Part shown: piece by piece, positions 15,768-26,414 of the stretch
Layout of the letters: every line of letters begins with the position of its first letter
Numbering within the stretch: the stretch's first letter is position 1
DNA from: Candidatus Thorarchaeota archaeon
Lineage (GTDB): Archaea; Asgardarchaeota; Thorarchaeia; Thorarchaeales; Thorarchaeaceae
Direction of reading: 5' to 3'
DNA: 31,734 nt
Assembly (NCBI GenBank): GCA_016840855.1
Contig: JAEORO010000126.1
Span: 1 to 31,734 of the forward strand
Notes under the pieces: model-generated
What the model saw: only the letters and a program-made list of their open reading frames with translations
Database searches by the model: none
Told to the model about the DNA's origin: nothing
Made by a program: the position numbers and the translations under genes

Positions 15768-17867
15768 TTATTCTGATTCAATTCCTAAGAGCTTCAGCAG
15801 CTGTGTAACATCGCTAGTCGGAAGTTTACAATTATAATTGACACAAACATGAGCTGTTGACTTCCCTCCAACAGTCTGGTGGTACTTCGTAAATGGAGCT
15901 AATCGAGATATCTCCTCTGATTGACGCTTAGTTCCCTTGAGGAGAACCACTTTATTAGGTACGTAATTGGCTCGAATTGCTTCAAGCAACTGCTGAGTGT
16001 CTGGGGCGTCTGGATTTCCAGCAATGACAATTTCGTAAGATTTGCCCTCTGTGAATTCTAAAGTGGTTAGCATCATTGAGAAGCTAGAAGGTGATCGCTG
16101 AATGATTCTAGAAAATACTCTTAGAGTATCTGCTGCTTTTTCTTCCAATTGCGAGTTACCAAGGTACCTTGCCAGTCGGACAAGATTTAGTGATGCTATT
16201 GAGTTTCCTGAAGGTATCGCGCCATCATATGCATCCTTCTTTCTAACCAGAAGCTCCTCTGAGTGTGAACTTGTAAAGAAGAATCCACCATTTTTCTCAT
16301 CCCAGAAATTCTCTATCAAATCAGAGGTTAGGTCTTGTGCTAGTTCTAAATATTCAGGTTTGAATGTAGCTTCGTAGGTTTCTAATAGTGCCCAGATCAG
16401 GTATGCATAGTCATCCAAGAATGCAGCAATTGCTACATCTTCCTCTTTGTATCTATGGAAGAGCTGTCGTTTATCATCTAGCATGGTCTCAAGAAGAAAT
16501 CCCAGTGCTCTCTCAGCGACTTCAATGAATTTTACATCACCCAAAACAACTCCAGCTTTTGCAAGGGCTGCGACCATGAATCCATTCCAATCGGTTAGAA
16601 TTTTATCATCCCGACTTGGTCTGATCCTCGTTGCTCTTCGAGAAAATAGCTTGTGTCTTGCATTTTCTATAATGGTATATAATGCATCTTGCTCCACATC
16701 AAGGGAGTCTGCAATTTTACTAGCAGTCACTTTGATATGAGGAATATTCAATCCTGTTTCCCTACGAGTTGCTTCATCCTTGAAGTTTCCATCCTTTCGA
16801 ATGTTGTAGAAGTGTAGAATGACTTTAAATTCCTCTTCGCTAAGCACATCTTGAATCTCGCTATAACTCCAAGTATAGAATTTCCCTTCCTCACCCTCAG
16901 AATCTGCATTTTCTGCTGAGTAGAATGCACCTTCTGGACTTAACATATCTCGTGTGACATATTCGAAGATTTCCGTTACAACATTTGCATATTCTTGCTT
17001 CTTCGTGATTTGATATGCTTCAGTGTACACCATCATTAGGCTTGCTTGGTCATAAAGCATCTTCTCGAAATGAGGGAGTAGCCACTCAGAATCTGTTGAA
17101 TATCTATGAAATCCAAATCCAATTTGGTCAAAGAGACCTCCTTTTCTCATCTCAGTTAATGTCTTCTCAACCATAAGAAGTGCTCTCTCATCCTCTGTTC
17201 TTTTCCAATATCTGAGTAATAACAATAGGTTATGCGGTGAAGGGAACTTTGGTGCTTTTCCAAAACCACCTCTTTCCTCATCAAACCGCTGAGATAGATG
17301 CTTGTATGCAAGATTGACCTCGTCAAGTGTTAGAGGCTCTCCCTTTACACTTCCTCCAGATTCTGATAGTGACTGCACAATTCTATTAGTTACATCATTG
17401 ATGTTTGACTTGTCCGTTTCCCATATTTCCTTAAGACGAGGAATGAGATCCTTCATTCCCAACCTGTCGTATCGACTTTCCTTTGGAATATAGGTGGCTG
17501 CATAAAATGGCATTTTGTCTGGGGTCATGATAATTGTAAGCGGCCAACCTCCTCCTCCAGTGATCATCTGTGCGACTTCCATGTAAACCGAATCAATATC
17601 CGGACGCTCTTCTCGGTCAACCTTGATGTTGATGAATACATCATTCATTTGTCGAGCCACTTCTTCATCTTCAAATGACTCGTGAGCCATTACATGACAC
17701 CAATGACAAGTACTATACCCTATTGAGAGAAAAATGGGTTTATTCTCTCTAGCTGCCACCTCAAAAGCTTCATCTCCCCAAGGATACCAATCAACCGGAT
17801 TTTTTGCATGTTGAAGCAAATAAGGACTCTTCTCATTGGCCAATCGATTACTTGTCAAATCCATCAC
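15768..17867 (-). CDS. thioredoxin-domain/six-hairpin protein (YyaL/DUF255, SSP411/SPATA20 family)
   Basis: [60 protein letters not shown]. Confidence 0.95.
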   Translation of the reverse strand: MMDLTSNRLANEKSPYLLQHAKNPVDWYPWGDEAFEVAARENKPIFLSIGYSTCHWCHVMAHESFEDEEVARQMNDVFINIKVDREERPDIDSVYMEVAQMITGGGGWPLTIIMTPDKMPFYAATYIPKESRYDRLGMKDLIPRLKEIWETDKSNINDVTNRIVQSLSESGGSVKGEPLTLDEVNLAYKHLSQRFDEERGGFGKAPKFPSPHNLLLLLRYWKRTEDERALLMVEKTLTEMRKGGLFDQIGFGFHRYSTDSEWLLPHFEKMLYDQASLMMVYTEAYQITKKQEYANVVTEIFEYVTRDMLSPEGAFYSAENADSEGEEGKFYTWSYSEIQDVLSEEEFKVILHFYNIRKDGNFKDEATRRETGLNIPHIKVTASKIADSLDVEQDALYTIIENARHKLFSRRATRIRPSRDDKILTDWNGFMVAALAKAGVVLGDVKFIEVAERALGFLLETMLDDKRQLFHRYKEEDVAIAAFLDDYAYLIWALLETYEATFKPEYLELAQDLTSDLIENFWDEKNGGFFFTSSHSEELLVRKKDAYDGAIPSGNSIASLNLVRLARYLGNSQLEEKAADTLRVFSRIIQRSPSSFSMMLTTLEFTEGKSYEIVIAGNPDAPDTQQLLEAIRANYVPNKVVLLKGTKRQSEEISRLAPFTKYHQTVGGKSTAHVCVNYNCKLPTSDVTQLLKLLGIESE

Positions 17868-17993
17868 ACCATTTAGTTTAACTATTGTTATTTATCTTGG
17901 CTTTTCTTATAGAATTTGCGGAATTGAAACAGGAATTTACTTAGAACTAATTATAGAAAAGTATTGAATTAGCTCTCCAGAGTGGTCTGAATA

Positions 17994-18677
17994 ATGAATG
18001 ATACTCTGACTCAGGACGACCCTCAAAACTCAAGTCAACTACAACGATTGAAACTGCGAGTAGTTAGTTTAGTTGGCTACATTCTTCCTTTTCTGGCATC
18101 TATTCCTCCAATGATGGGTTGGGCTGGACTAATGACTGTCCCGCTCATATTCTTCTTAGTTCTAATGGGTGGCCAATTCCCCGAATTATCAATATCAATC
18201 CCATACCTTTTACTTGGCGGGACGGTGTTAGATGCATTTGTGGTTATAGTTGGATTCGCCATATTTGCAGTTTCTGTGGTAATCCTCTGGAGAGAAAAAT
18301 CGAAAGGCTTGGTAACTCATAGCATTTACAAGATAGTTAGACATCCTCAATATCTAGGATTAATTCTTTTCACAGCTGGTCTGACAAGTCGTAGTGTATG
18401 GATTTTGATGAACACATTTGGGCTTGGTTGGTTATCTGTACAACAAACAATCATTGTATGGATTGCAATGGTCATCGTATACAACTGTCTTGCAACGATT
18501 GAAGAGCTTCATTTATCCAAAACTTTCGGTGAATCATGGTCAGACTATAGAGCACATGTAGGATTCTTTATTCCATCTCCTGTACGACTCCCAAAGGTTC
18601 TCGAAATTGCATTGGCTATTGTCGTACCCATTCTTCTTCTTTATGGACTGATTTTCTTCTCCTTACAACTAATCTAG
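17994..18677 (+). CDS. ICMT/PEMT-family membrane methyltransferase
   Basis: LVTHSIYKIVRHPQYLG and EELHL..FGESWSDY motifs; multiple TMs. Confidence 0.8.
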   Translation: MNDTLTQDDPQNSSQLQRLKLRVVSLVGYILPFLASIPPMMGWAGLMTVPLIFFLVLMGGQFPELSISIPYLLLGGTVLDAFVVIVGFAIFAVSVVILWREKSKGLVTHSIYKIVRHPQYLGLILFTAGLTSRSVWILMNTFGLGWLSVQQTIIVWIAMVIVYNCLATIEELHLSKTFGESWSDYRAHVGFFIPSPVRLPKVLEIALAIVVPILLLYGLIFFSLQLI

Positions 18678-18686
18678 ATTAAATAG

Positions 18687-19598
18687 CTAAACAGCCTTCA
18701 GTTCTCCCCGATGATCCTCAACGAGTCCCTTTCCTATCAATGAAGCAACATGATGCTCAATCATCCATGTTTCAAACTGCAAGAAAACTGGATTTGTGAG
18801 TGAAGGATAGATGATTGGATTAGCTGTAATTTCAGGAATTGACTTTGCACCATCCATAATAGCTGCTAGTACCAAATCTTCTCGCAATCCAATCTGTCTC
18901 GAATACGCGGCTAATCGTTCTTTATAGTCGATAACTAGTGGCTCCTTAAGATGCCCGCTAATCAGTCCATTATACTTCCCATGTTGGAGTTTTCTGATTG
19001 ATTCCTTGAAGTCAAGGATTGATGAATTAGGATGTCCATAATATGGTCCAAATTCCGTCATGTCTATATCAGAAGTGAATACTAGATTTGGTTCAAGAAT
19101 TTCGATACACATGTGATCAGGAAGATGACCTGGAGCATAGAAAGTTCTCAAAGTGACCTCTCCTAGACTGAACTTATCTGCATTAATTACTATCTCGTCA
19201 ACTCTTCCCTCATCAAGTGCTCCATACATTCTTTCATTCACAAGTTGTTCCCAGAGCTTTCGAACAGGATTTCCTTTATCAAACCCAAGGAACCTCTTCA
19301 TTTCTTCCTTGTCGTTGAAGAGAGGCGCTGTGATTTCGTTTGCTGTAATTCTACACTTTGATAGACGATTGAGTCTTGCAGTGTGTGTAATATGGTCAGG
19401 ATGGATATGACTCAGAATAATTGTATTAATATCCTTGAGTTGAAGGTCTTGAGTCATTAAGAAAGCGCGAAGGTCCTCGACTGGACACCCAGGATCAATA
19501 ACAACCAACTCATCAGCAATAATTACTATTGAGTTGCATTTTGGAAATGCCCCTCCAATGACCACATAAACGTTGTCAGTCAATTTTACGAATGACAT
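18687..19598 (-). CDS. MBL-fold metallo-hydrolase
   Basis: IDPG, SHIHPDH, PGHLPDH, FTSD, SGH metal ligands. Confidence 0.92.
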   Translation of the reverse strand: MSFVKLTDNVYVVIGGAFPKCNSIVIIADELVVIDPGCPVEDLRAFLMTQDLQLKDINTIILSHIHPDHITHTARLNRLSKCRITANEITAPLFNDKEEMKRFLGFDKGNPVRKLWEQLVNERMYGALDEGRVDEIVINADKFSLGEVTLRTFYAPGHLPDHMCIEILEPNLVFTSDIDMTEFGPYYGHPNSSILDFKESIRKLQHGKYNGLISGHLKEPLVIDYKERLAAYSRQIGLREDLVLAAIMDGAKSIPEITANPIIYPSLTNPVFLQFETWMIEHHVASLIGKGLVEDHRGELKAV

Positions 19599-19671
19599 AC
19601 TTCTTCAACCTAGACTAGATAAAACAGATAGATAGTCATAAAACAATAGTTGTTTACGACTATTTTTGGAT

Positions 19672-20097
19672 CTACATACCAGTTGGTCTAACTTTCATCT
19701 CTGCTTCTGCACGTCTAGCATTTCGCCAGGTCCCTAGGGAACTGTACATCACAGGGAATGTAAATGCCAAAACGAGGAACAGAATTAACATTACATTGAC
19801 AACGTCGACTCTCTGTGGTCCCAGTGGACTAGCGAGAGCATCCATCCAAATCCCCGTCATAAATAGAATACATGCAGGGATCAACAAGATGAACAGGAAA
19901 AAGAATGTGAAGAAACCTCTTGCTGGAGAATGCTGAATGAATCTAGCAAAACCTCCAAGAAATCTATGCTTCTGCCACCTAGTACCTTCATGGACTATCC
20001 AGAAGAGGAAGAATATCACAATCAAAATGACGAATGGGATTAAGAATATCTCGGTCCACATGGTAGGGTACTCCTGTGCGTATATTTCCTTCCGCAT
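19672..20097 (-). CDS. 3-TM hypothetical membrane protein
   Basis: Three hydrophobic segments; plausible start at MWTEIF. Confidence 0.75.
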   Translation of the reverse strand: MRKEIYAQEYPTMWTEIFLIPFVILIVIFFLFWIVHEGTRWQKHRFLGGFARFIQHSPARGFFTFFFLFILLIPACILFMTGIWMDALASPLGPQRVDVVNVMLILFLVLAFTFPVMYSSLGTWRNARRAEAEMKVRPTGM

Positions 20098-20139
20098 AGG
20101 TTGTCCCTATAAACGCTACGGTCAATGTATATTGCGCTT

Positions 20140-20388
20140 CTAGTCCAAACCAGTATGTTTCTTCGATTGAAGCGCATCCGCGGCTGTCATCCATTTTGTT
20201 CCTTGAAAATTCTGAGATTGCATGTTTTGATTTTCTATTGGTTTCTTTAATCCGGTATTGATATAAACCATTGAATCTTCTGACTCAAAATAATTTTCTT
20301 TTTGACTTTCCCTCGAAGCTGTTACAATATTATGGATGTATAGATTTGTGAAAAATTCTTGACTTTGCGGCGACATAGTTTTAGCCAA
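20140..20388 (-). CDS. small hypothetical protein (ATG at 20376 possible)
   Basis: Fills the gap after lig in the same orientation; polar, no recognisable motif. Confidence 0.45.
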   Translation of the reverse strand: MAKTMSPQSQEFFTNLYIHNIVTASRESQKENYFESEDSMVYINTGLKKPIENQNMQSQNFQGTKWMTAADALQSKKHTGLD

Positions 20389-20484
20389 AATCCTGCAGCC
20401 CTCAGAAATGTATACCCCCTACCTTCTGGCTGGATATGAATTGGTCTACATCATTAGTGTTGATGTGGGCTTTATAAACTGCTT

Positions 20485-22158
20485 CTAACGTGCCTTGAAG
20501 CGAAACTGCCTGTCATAGATTTGTTTCAATTCATTCAAAGTCATTGCATCCATAGGCCCTTTATCTTCTCGAACACGATTAATTCTCGCGAATCGAAGTG
20601 CCATTCCTGATTCATATGTTGGGCTCTCTTGTATCTCTGATGCAATAACTTCTACAACTATCTGAGGTTTTACCTGGACTACATGACGATGAGTAGCAAT
20701 TTTCAAATCTAGGAGCTTCTGTGTAATATCTTGAAACTCCAGATCAGTAAATCCCTTGTAGGTTTTTCCCACTACAAAAAAATCACCAGACTCATCATCT
20801 CTCACCGCCAAATGGTAATCAGAGAGCCAATTTTTGCGTCTCCCATGACCCCATTCAGCGGCAACAATCACTAGGTCCAATGTATCTAGAGTATGTTTGA
20901 TTTTGAACCAATGTTTCCCACGAACGCCAGGAGTATAAGGCGAATCTAAATCCTTAGCCACTAATCCCTCATGACCCATTTTTTGACTCTTCATGAAGAA
21001 TGTCTGGATTATTGATGTGTCATCTGAAACAATTCGCTCAACCAACATATCTGAAGGAGTAATTTCCTCGAGTTTCTTTCTCCTTTCTGAGTATGGGAAA
21101 TCTACAAGATGTGTTTGATTGAAAAGCAGCATATCGAATAGAATGAGTCTAAGGCGAGTGTCCTTAAATGCTTCCTCAATGTCCCGAGTTCTACCAAACC
21201 GTTTCATAACTACTTGAAAAGGGAAAGGTTTGCCCTCATCATCGAATGCAAGAACCTCCCCATCAAGAATCGTATCAGTCGCGTTGATTCTCTTTTTAAC
21301 AGTACTTACTATTTCAGGAAGACTCTCTGTTACCTTGCTCAACTTTCTTGAGAATATGCAAATCGCATCTCCTTTCTTGTGGATTTGCACTCTTGCACCA
21401 TCTAATTTCAGTTCAAACGCATATTGTTTTGGATAGCTTTCATATAATGAGTCAATGTTTTCAATTGGACTTGCAAGCATTGGCTTAACTCCACGCATTA
21501 ATTGCACTGAAACTGCTTGTATTGCCTTTTTTCCACCTACTGAAGCGAGTCGAGCTACCTCTCCCAGATTCCCGTTGAAACTCCATGCTCTTCGCACTAA
21601 TGCAGGATCTACATCAAATGCTGCAGCAATACTATCAGCAAGCAAGCCCTCTGAAAGTCCTATCCTCATATCTTCAAGAACAAGTGCAGTGAGGTATCTT
21701 GCTTCACGTGGTGAAGTTTCCATTAGGAGGCTGGTAAGGAGAGACTGTTTCTCCTTTATTGAGCCCTTTCCCTGGGCATCTGCAATTCTATCTAGAGTTT
21801 GTCCCACTGAAGATATTGACAATGACTCTGAGAACAGAGATAACTGACGTGCCTCTTTCGTGTTTTCAAGAATCTTAGCTACAGCCTCACCCGTATCTCC
21901 CTCATAAGCTTCGAATAATGCATTATTCTCTATATTTACTACTTGTTTGAGAGCACTAAGTAATCCTTTCCACGATATATTGAGAGTCCGTTGTTCGCTT
22001 TCTGCAAACACCTTCCCGCTCAAAAACAAAGCAGCTTTACTTACTTCAATGGCACTTAGTGTTCTTAGGAAATCCGCAGCTTGTTGGATTTTTTTAGTTC
22101 TCTTTCTCGTCCTACTAATCATATCCATAACTTCTGCAAGTAAGACAAACTCTGTCAA
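20485..22158 (-). CDS. lig: ATP-dependent DNA ligase
   Basis: PMLA, ELKLDGARVQIH (adenylated Lys), LDGE, FDML, EGLVAK, WFKIK, LRFARI. Confidence 0.97.
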   Translation of the reverse strand: MTEFVLLAEVMDMISRTRKRTKKIQQAADFLRTLSAIEVSKAALFLSGKVFAESEQRTLNISWKGLLSALKQVVNIENNALFEAYEGDTGEAVAKILENTKEARQLSLFSESLSISSVGQTLDRIADAQGKGSIKEKQSLLTSLLMETSPREARYLTALVLEDMRIGLSEGLLADSIAAAFDVDPALVRRAWSFNGNLGEVARLASVGGKKAIQAVSVQLMRGVKPMLASPIENIDSLYESYPKQYAFELKLDGARVQIHKKGDAICIFSRKLSKVTESLPEIVSTVKKRINATDTILDGEVLAFDDEGKPFPFQVVMKRFGRTRDIEEAFKDTRLRLILFDMLLFNQTHLVDFPYSERRKKLEEITPSDMLVERIVSDDTSIIQTFFMKSQKMGHEGLVAKDLDSPYTPGVRGKHWFKIKHTLDTLDLVIVAAEWGHGRRKNWLSDYHLAVRDDESGDFFVVGKTYKGFTDLEFQDITQKLLDLKIATHRHVVQVKPQIVVEVIASEIQESPTYESGMALRFARINRVREDKGPMDAMTLNELKQIYDRQFRFKAR

Positions 22159-22185
22159 ATTCGAGAGACCTCACTTTCCAATTAC

Positions 22186-22848
22186 ATGGTTCGTTACATC
22201 TATATTCTATGTTTTGCGTCTAATCATTGGTTGAAATCAATGGGCAGTGTCTGGTTGAGCAAGAAAGCATTTCTTTACTTCGGTGGTGCTGCAATAATTC
22301 TAATTGGCGGAGCTATTGTTTTAATAGCACCCTATCACTATGTCAATTTCGCAGTCACTGAACACGAGCAACGGACGTTTTCTATATGGGACCGTGATGG
22401 ATACTACCCTCAGCTTGAAATTTCTGTTGCATTGAGAGTTGGCAATTCAACAACAGTAGAAGTTGATCTTGTATTTGTAGATAATTCAACAGATGAAGTC
22501 TTAGTAGCTAACATGACACTCGATGAAGAAAATCTAATAGAAACCCCTGATGCAATCTTCCTAGAGGGCAGTATGACTATTGACATACCACCTGGTGATT
22601 ATACAGTCACCATCGATGATATCATAGGTGCTGGTATGATTGATCTTGGCTTTAATCAAGTTAGTGACTCAAGGCTGTTTATTGTAATTGGAGGCTCAAT
22701 GAACATCATAGGCCTGATAATGTGCATATCAGGGTACTTTGTTGCAGGAACATTTCTACCTACTGAAAGCGATACAATTGTCGAGTGGGGATATGAGGAT
22801 CGAAAGAACGAAGAAACAGACCATGGAAATTCAGGAATTGAAGATTAA
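22186..22848 (+). CDS. membrane protein with N- and C-terminal TMs flanking a beta-rich domain
   Basis: Two hydrophobic segments; true start probably ~22240-22255. Confidence 0.75.
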   Translation: MVRYIYILCFASNHWLKSMGSVWLSKKAFLYFGGAAIILIGGAIVLIAPYHYVNFAVTEHEQRTFSIWDRDGYYPQLEISVALRVGNSTTVEVDLVFVDNSTDEVLVANMTLDEENLIETPDAIFLEGSMTIDIPPGDYTVTIDDIIGAGMIDLGFNQVSDSRLFIVIGGSMNIIGLIMCISGYFVAGTFLPTESDTIVEWGYEDRKNEETDHGNSGIED

Positions 22849-22913
22849 TTTCAAACCCAAGTCAGTGTTACGGGAGAATAGTCCACGTAGTACACACGCT
22901 CTTCTATGTCTAA

Positions 22914-23171
22914 GTGACAACTATCTTGTTGAGCACAATGGAAGACGATGAGATGAAATGGTTACTAAAAGGAAAGATTGTTACTGACTTTAGGGGTTTC
23001 CCCTTGGGCAAGGTCAAGAAAGTCTGGTTTGATGAATCCAATGGGCCTCTTGTCATCGTTGAACGAGAGAACGCAACAGACAACAATACATCATGGGAAG
23101 CAATTCCATTGAGAGCTGTTGACTCAATATCAGAACATGTCCGTCTAAAACCCCCAGTGTTCGCTGAATAG
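22914..23171 (+). CDS. PRC-barrel domain protein
   Basis: LKGKIVTDFRGFPLGKVKKVWFD..IPLRAVDSISEHVRL is PRC-barrel-like; ATG 22938 likely. Confidence 0.75.
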   Translation: MTTILLSTMEDDEMKWLLKGKIVTDFRGFPLGKVKKVWFDESNGPLVIVERENATDNNTSWEAIPLRAVDSISEHVRLKPPVFAE

Positions 23172-23209
23172 ACATATCATATCTACTTACCCGATCGGAG
23201 AACGAGTCT

Positions 23210-23536
23210 ATGATACAGAAAAATGAAATGATGAACAGAAATCAACTGAACGTTTGCCATGACGAGTCCAACTCTGTCAAAATAAATGTCTTCACAAGTA
23301 ATTCCTGTACTTTCTGTAGCGAAGCCCTTCAAGCCGCTCGAGAAGCGGCAACAAAGTTGCGGCGATTCAATCTACCTATCGAAGTTGTGGAAACCTCGGT
23401 TGAAGAAGAGCCTGAACTCGTTGAGTTTCTAAATGTAGTAGCTTTGCCAATGATTCTAATTGGCAAGTCACAAATTATTGGTCTTCCGACGACTGAAGAT
23501 ATAGAATTACTATTACATCAAGCAGTCTTATCCTAG
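23210..23536 (+). CDS. thioredoxin/glutaredoxin family protein
   Basis: VFTSNSCTFC CxxC; VVALPMILIG cis-Pro loop. Confidence 0.85.
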   Translation: MIQKNEMMNRNQLNVCHDESNSVKINVFTSNSCTFCSEALQAAREAATKLRRFNLPIEVVETSVEEEPELVEFLNVVALPMILIGKSQIIGLPTTEDIELLLHQAVLS

Positions 23537-24292
23537 TTAAAAGAATGCAACACCCAAAATCAACCAAGCATTCTCTTTCATGATCAGTCTACTAGTTTCG
23601 ATATTTAGATCTAACATGTTTAATGCAGCCATTAAGTCTGGATATTGAGTGTGATATCCTGAACCAAACACGAGTTTTCGTACGCCAAAATCTTGAACAA
23701 CTGCATCAAGAAATACACGGAGAGGTGACTCGACGAGCTTCACGAACGTCGTGGACAATTCGAGCCATATATTCTTACGAGCCATGAGTGGTATGATTTG
23801 TGGAAATCCAAACAATCCTCCCATATTTAGTACCACGAACTTACCATCTTGATGAAAGGTTGTAATTCTATCCAAGAAGCTGATTGTTTCACTACTCATT
23901 ATGTCATTATGAAAGTATATTGGCAAGTCTTTTTTTACAGACTCATTCACAAGAACCTCAACCGCCGGGTCCTGAGGATGATATGTAGGTCCATCTAGAA
24001 TTAGAGCTCTGCACCCTTTGTCGATATAGTCGTGAAGCTTCTGCTTGGCTAAATCAATAGGTCTTGGTATGATTGAACATGCAGAGAACAAACGATCCGG
24101 ATATATTTCAGTAGCTTGTAAATACAAATCGGTACTGACTAATGGTTCGTGGGGTGTCAAGACGGCTTTATCAATTCCAAAAGTGTCCATTCTTGATATG
24201 AGAATGTCTACATGTTCTAGATAGTTGTCAAAAGTGACTTCTGCAACTTCGGTTTTACCCATCCCAAGGTGTGTATGTATATCGGTGGTCAT
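23537..24292 (-). CDS. amidohydrolase_2-family TIM-barrel protein with degenerate active site
   Basis: DIHTH, YPDRL, LPIYFH, VLNMGG, FGSGY, IMKENA. Confidence 0.8.
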   Translation of the reverse strand: MTTDIHTHLGMGKTEVAEVTFDNYLEHVDILISRMDTFGIDKAVLTPHEPLVSTDLYLQATEIYPDRLFSACSIIPRPIDLAKQKLHDYIDKGCRALILDGPTYHPQDPAVEVLVNESVKKDLPIYFHNDIMSSETISFLDRITTFHQDGKFVVLNMGGLFGFPQIIPLMARKNIWLELSTTFVKLVESPLRVFLDAVVQDFGVRKLVFGSGYHTQYPDLMAALNMLDLNIETSRLIMKENAWLILGVAFF

Positions 24293-24388
24293 TAAACACC
24301 CTAGTCAGAATTCTCAAAGTCACTTTTCTATTCATGTGTTATGAATAGCTGTCATCATCATCACCTCTAAATACCAAACTGACCTAGC

Positions 24389-25036
24389 ATGCTTGAGCTG
24401 ATTTGTGTGAGCGAAGACGATCGACCAAAAAGTCTTGAAAAGAGCCTTCATCATCTATCCCAAAGCATCAACAGAGACCAATTCATGCTCATGGAGTATT
24501 TAGGTCCAGTGGTTGATGGTTGTAGGGCAGCTCTCAATGTCAGTATTGAGAAAGCTCAAACGCTTCATAAAATGACTGAAGAAGAATTTGAGCAGCATAT
24601 GAGTTCTGTATCCAATTCTTTTGAAGACATTACTATTTGTCTAAAAACATCAGATACAAATGATGAGTATTCTATTGTTTTCGATAGGGGAAAAACATCA
24701 GTTTTTGATGAGTGTATTGAACCAGATGTTGTGATAGTTGGTGAGAATAACACACTAATTGCGATTTGCGATAGTGATCCCAAGATAATACCATATGAAG
24801 TTCTTGGGAAAAGAATGGAAATTTCTGGAAACGATAACCTCGATATTGTTGAAGGTCTCGGATTTCTCTGTTATCCATCTCTTCTTAGAGTTGCTGAATC
24901 AGGTGTTGATCCTTCATCACTACTTAGTGAAGACGCAGATTCTGTCATAATGGCTACTGCATCAGACTTGGTTGTTAAGATGATTCGCAAGTGGATTGAC
25001 ATCTCACTCTCCGTTTCTAATAACGATCTAGACTAA
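24389..25036 (+). CDS. hypothetical protein with central SCP2-like lipid-binding domain
   Basis: YSIVFDRGKTSVFDECIEPDVVIVG..TLIAI..GKRMEISGN matches the SCP2 pattern. Confidence 0.55.
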   Translation: MLELICVSEDDRPKSLEKSLHHLSQSINRDQFMLMEYLGPVVDGCRAALNVSIEKAQTLHKMTEEEFEQHMSSVSNSFEDITICLKTSDTNDEYSIVFDRGKTSVFDECIEPDVVIVGENNTLIAICDSDPKIIPYEVLGKRMEISGNDNLDIVEGLGFLCYPSLLRVAESGVDPSSLLSEDADSVIMATASDLVVKMIRKWIDISLSVSNNDLD

Positions 25037-26208
25037 AGGCCATGATACGGAAATACCAATTCTTTTACTCGACGAAGAGACCTTTCAAGATCCAGGCTAA
25101 TCTCTTCCCTTGAGAAATACATCTGAACGATTTCTTCAGGGTCTCTTATGAATTCAGGAATGTCATGGTACCCCATCTCAGTACAAGTTTCTTTGAACTC
25201 ATCAGGGATTCTATTTGGAATATCCTCCCCTAGCATAAGTCCAAGAAACAACGTCCAAAGTCTAGCTACATTAACTGGATGATAACCTCCACCACCCACA
25301 GCTAGCCAACCGAGCTTGCATATGTCTGATGACATCTTTAGCAGTTTCCGGACTACTGTTTCATATCCGTGAGATGTATATGTCAGATGTGCAAGAGGGT
25401 CCATGTAATGGCCGTCCACTCCCATTTGAGTGACCAGTAAGTCTGGTTCGAAAGATTCGAAAAGTGGGACGACCACATCATCGAAAATTCGTATCAGTTC
25501 TGGGGTGCCAGCACCAGGCATTAGAGGAATATTCACAGAATACCCAATACCTTCAGCAGCACCAGTTTCATAGATAAACCCAGTGCCTGGGAAAAGGGTT
25601 TTGCCTGTCTGGTGTACAGAAATCGTCAATACTTCCTTAGATCTGTAGAATGCATTTTGAACCCCGTCTCCATGATGAGCATCAAAGTCAAAATACAGGA
25701 CTTTGTAGTTTTTCTTTTTCTTTAGCATATTAATGGCAATTACTATGTCATTGTATATACAAAAGCCAGAGGCTGCATTTCTGTGCGCATGATGAAGTCC
25801 TCCTGATATACAGAAAGTGTTTGAGTTTCCATCCATAATTGCGCGCATTGAGTCCAAAGTTGCTCCCACATATCTAGCACCTGTTTCATGTATCAAGGGA
25901 AAGATAGGATTGTCCGCAGTACCAAGCCCATATTGTGGATGGACATTATTGTTAGTCCCACTATCAATGACTGCATCAATGAATTCCGGCGCGTGGAACA
26001 ACTCAAGATCCTCGCGTGTGGCTAGAGTGGGTTCAATTTCCTCCACTAGGTCTAGCAAACCAAGTTGTTTAGATAGAAGATGTGTTAGCTTTAACCTATC
26101 AGGCTTTAGAGGGTGGTCTGTTTTAAATTCGTACTCAAGGAGCGCGTCTGAATATGGATAGACAAGTTTTCCTCTCATAAATTCCACCCTTTCTGCATGA
26201 TACTGCAT
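25033..26208 (-). CDS. acuC: AcuC/histone deacetylase family Zn-dependent deacetylase
   Basis: HPLKPDR, GGLHHA, SGFCIYND, DFDAHHGDG, FPGTG, GVDGH.MDPL, GGGGY. Confidence 0.93.
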   Translation of the reverse strand: MQYHAERVEFMRGKLVYPYSDALLEYEFKTDHPLKPDRLKLTHLLSKQLGLLDLVEEIEPTLATREDLELFHAPEFIDAVIDSGTNNNVHPQYGLGTADNPIFPLIHETGARYVGATLDSMRAIMDGNSNTFCISGGLHHAHRNAASGFCIYNDIVIAINMLKKKKNYKVLYFDFDAHHGDGVQNAFYRSKEVLTISVHQTGKTLFPGTGFIYETGAAEGIGYSVNIPLMPGAGTPELIRIFDDVVVPLFESFEPDLLVTQMGVDGHYMDPLAHLTYTSHGYETVVRKLLKMSSDICKLGWLAVGGGGYHPVNVARLWTLFLGLMLGEDIPNRIPDEFKETCTEMGYHDIPEFIRDPEEIVQMYFSREEISLDLERSLRRVKELVFPYHGL

Positions 26209-26414
26209 TCTCCTTTCTGAGTCTGTGGTATTGGATAATGCACTCTTATCTGCTTCTTTTTCAAAATCATTCTATTGTACTTGGCGGTTGTTAAAGGGTG
26301 ATAATAAAGGATTCAAATCCTCTACACCATTATTCACATTCTACTTGGTCTTTTGTCATATATTGAAACATCAGTCCCTAAAGCTTTTGTTCCAATTTGA
26401 TTACTCAAAACCAC

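Noticed and set aside
19632-19663. Imperfect palindrome ATAGTCATAAAACAA-tag-TTGTTTACGACTAT
   Set aside because: Single occurrence; cannot tell terminator from operator
11080-26208. Two GNATs plus HDAC as a dedicated acetylation system
   Set aside because: They are 13 kb apart with unrelated genes between, and all are common families
26209-26414. 69-aa + ORF and possible minus-strand remnant between purL and acuC
   Set aside because: No recognisable motif; the minus-strand fragments are interrupted by stops and cannot be assigned
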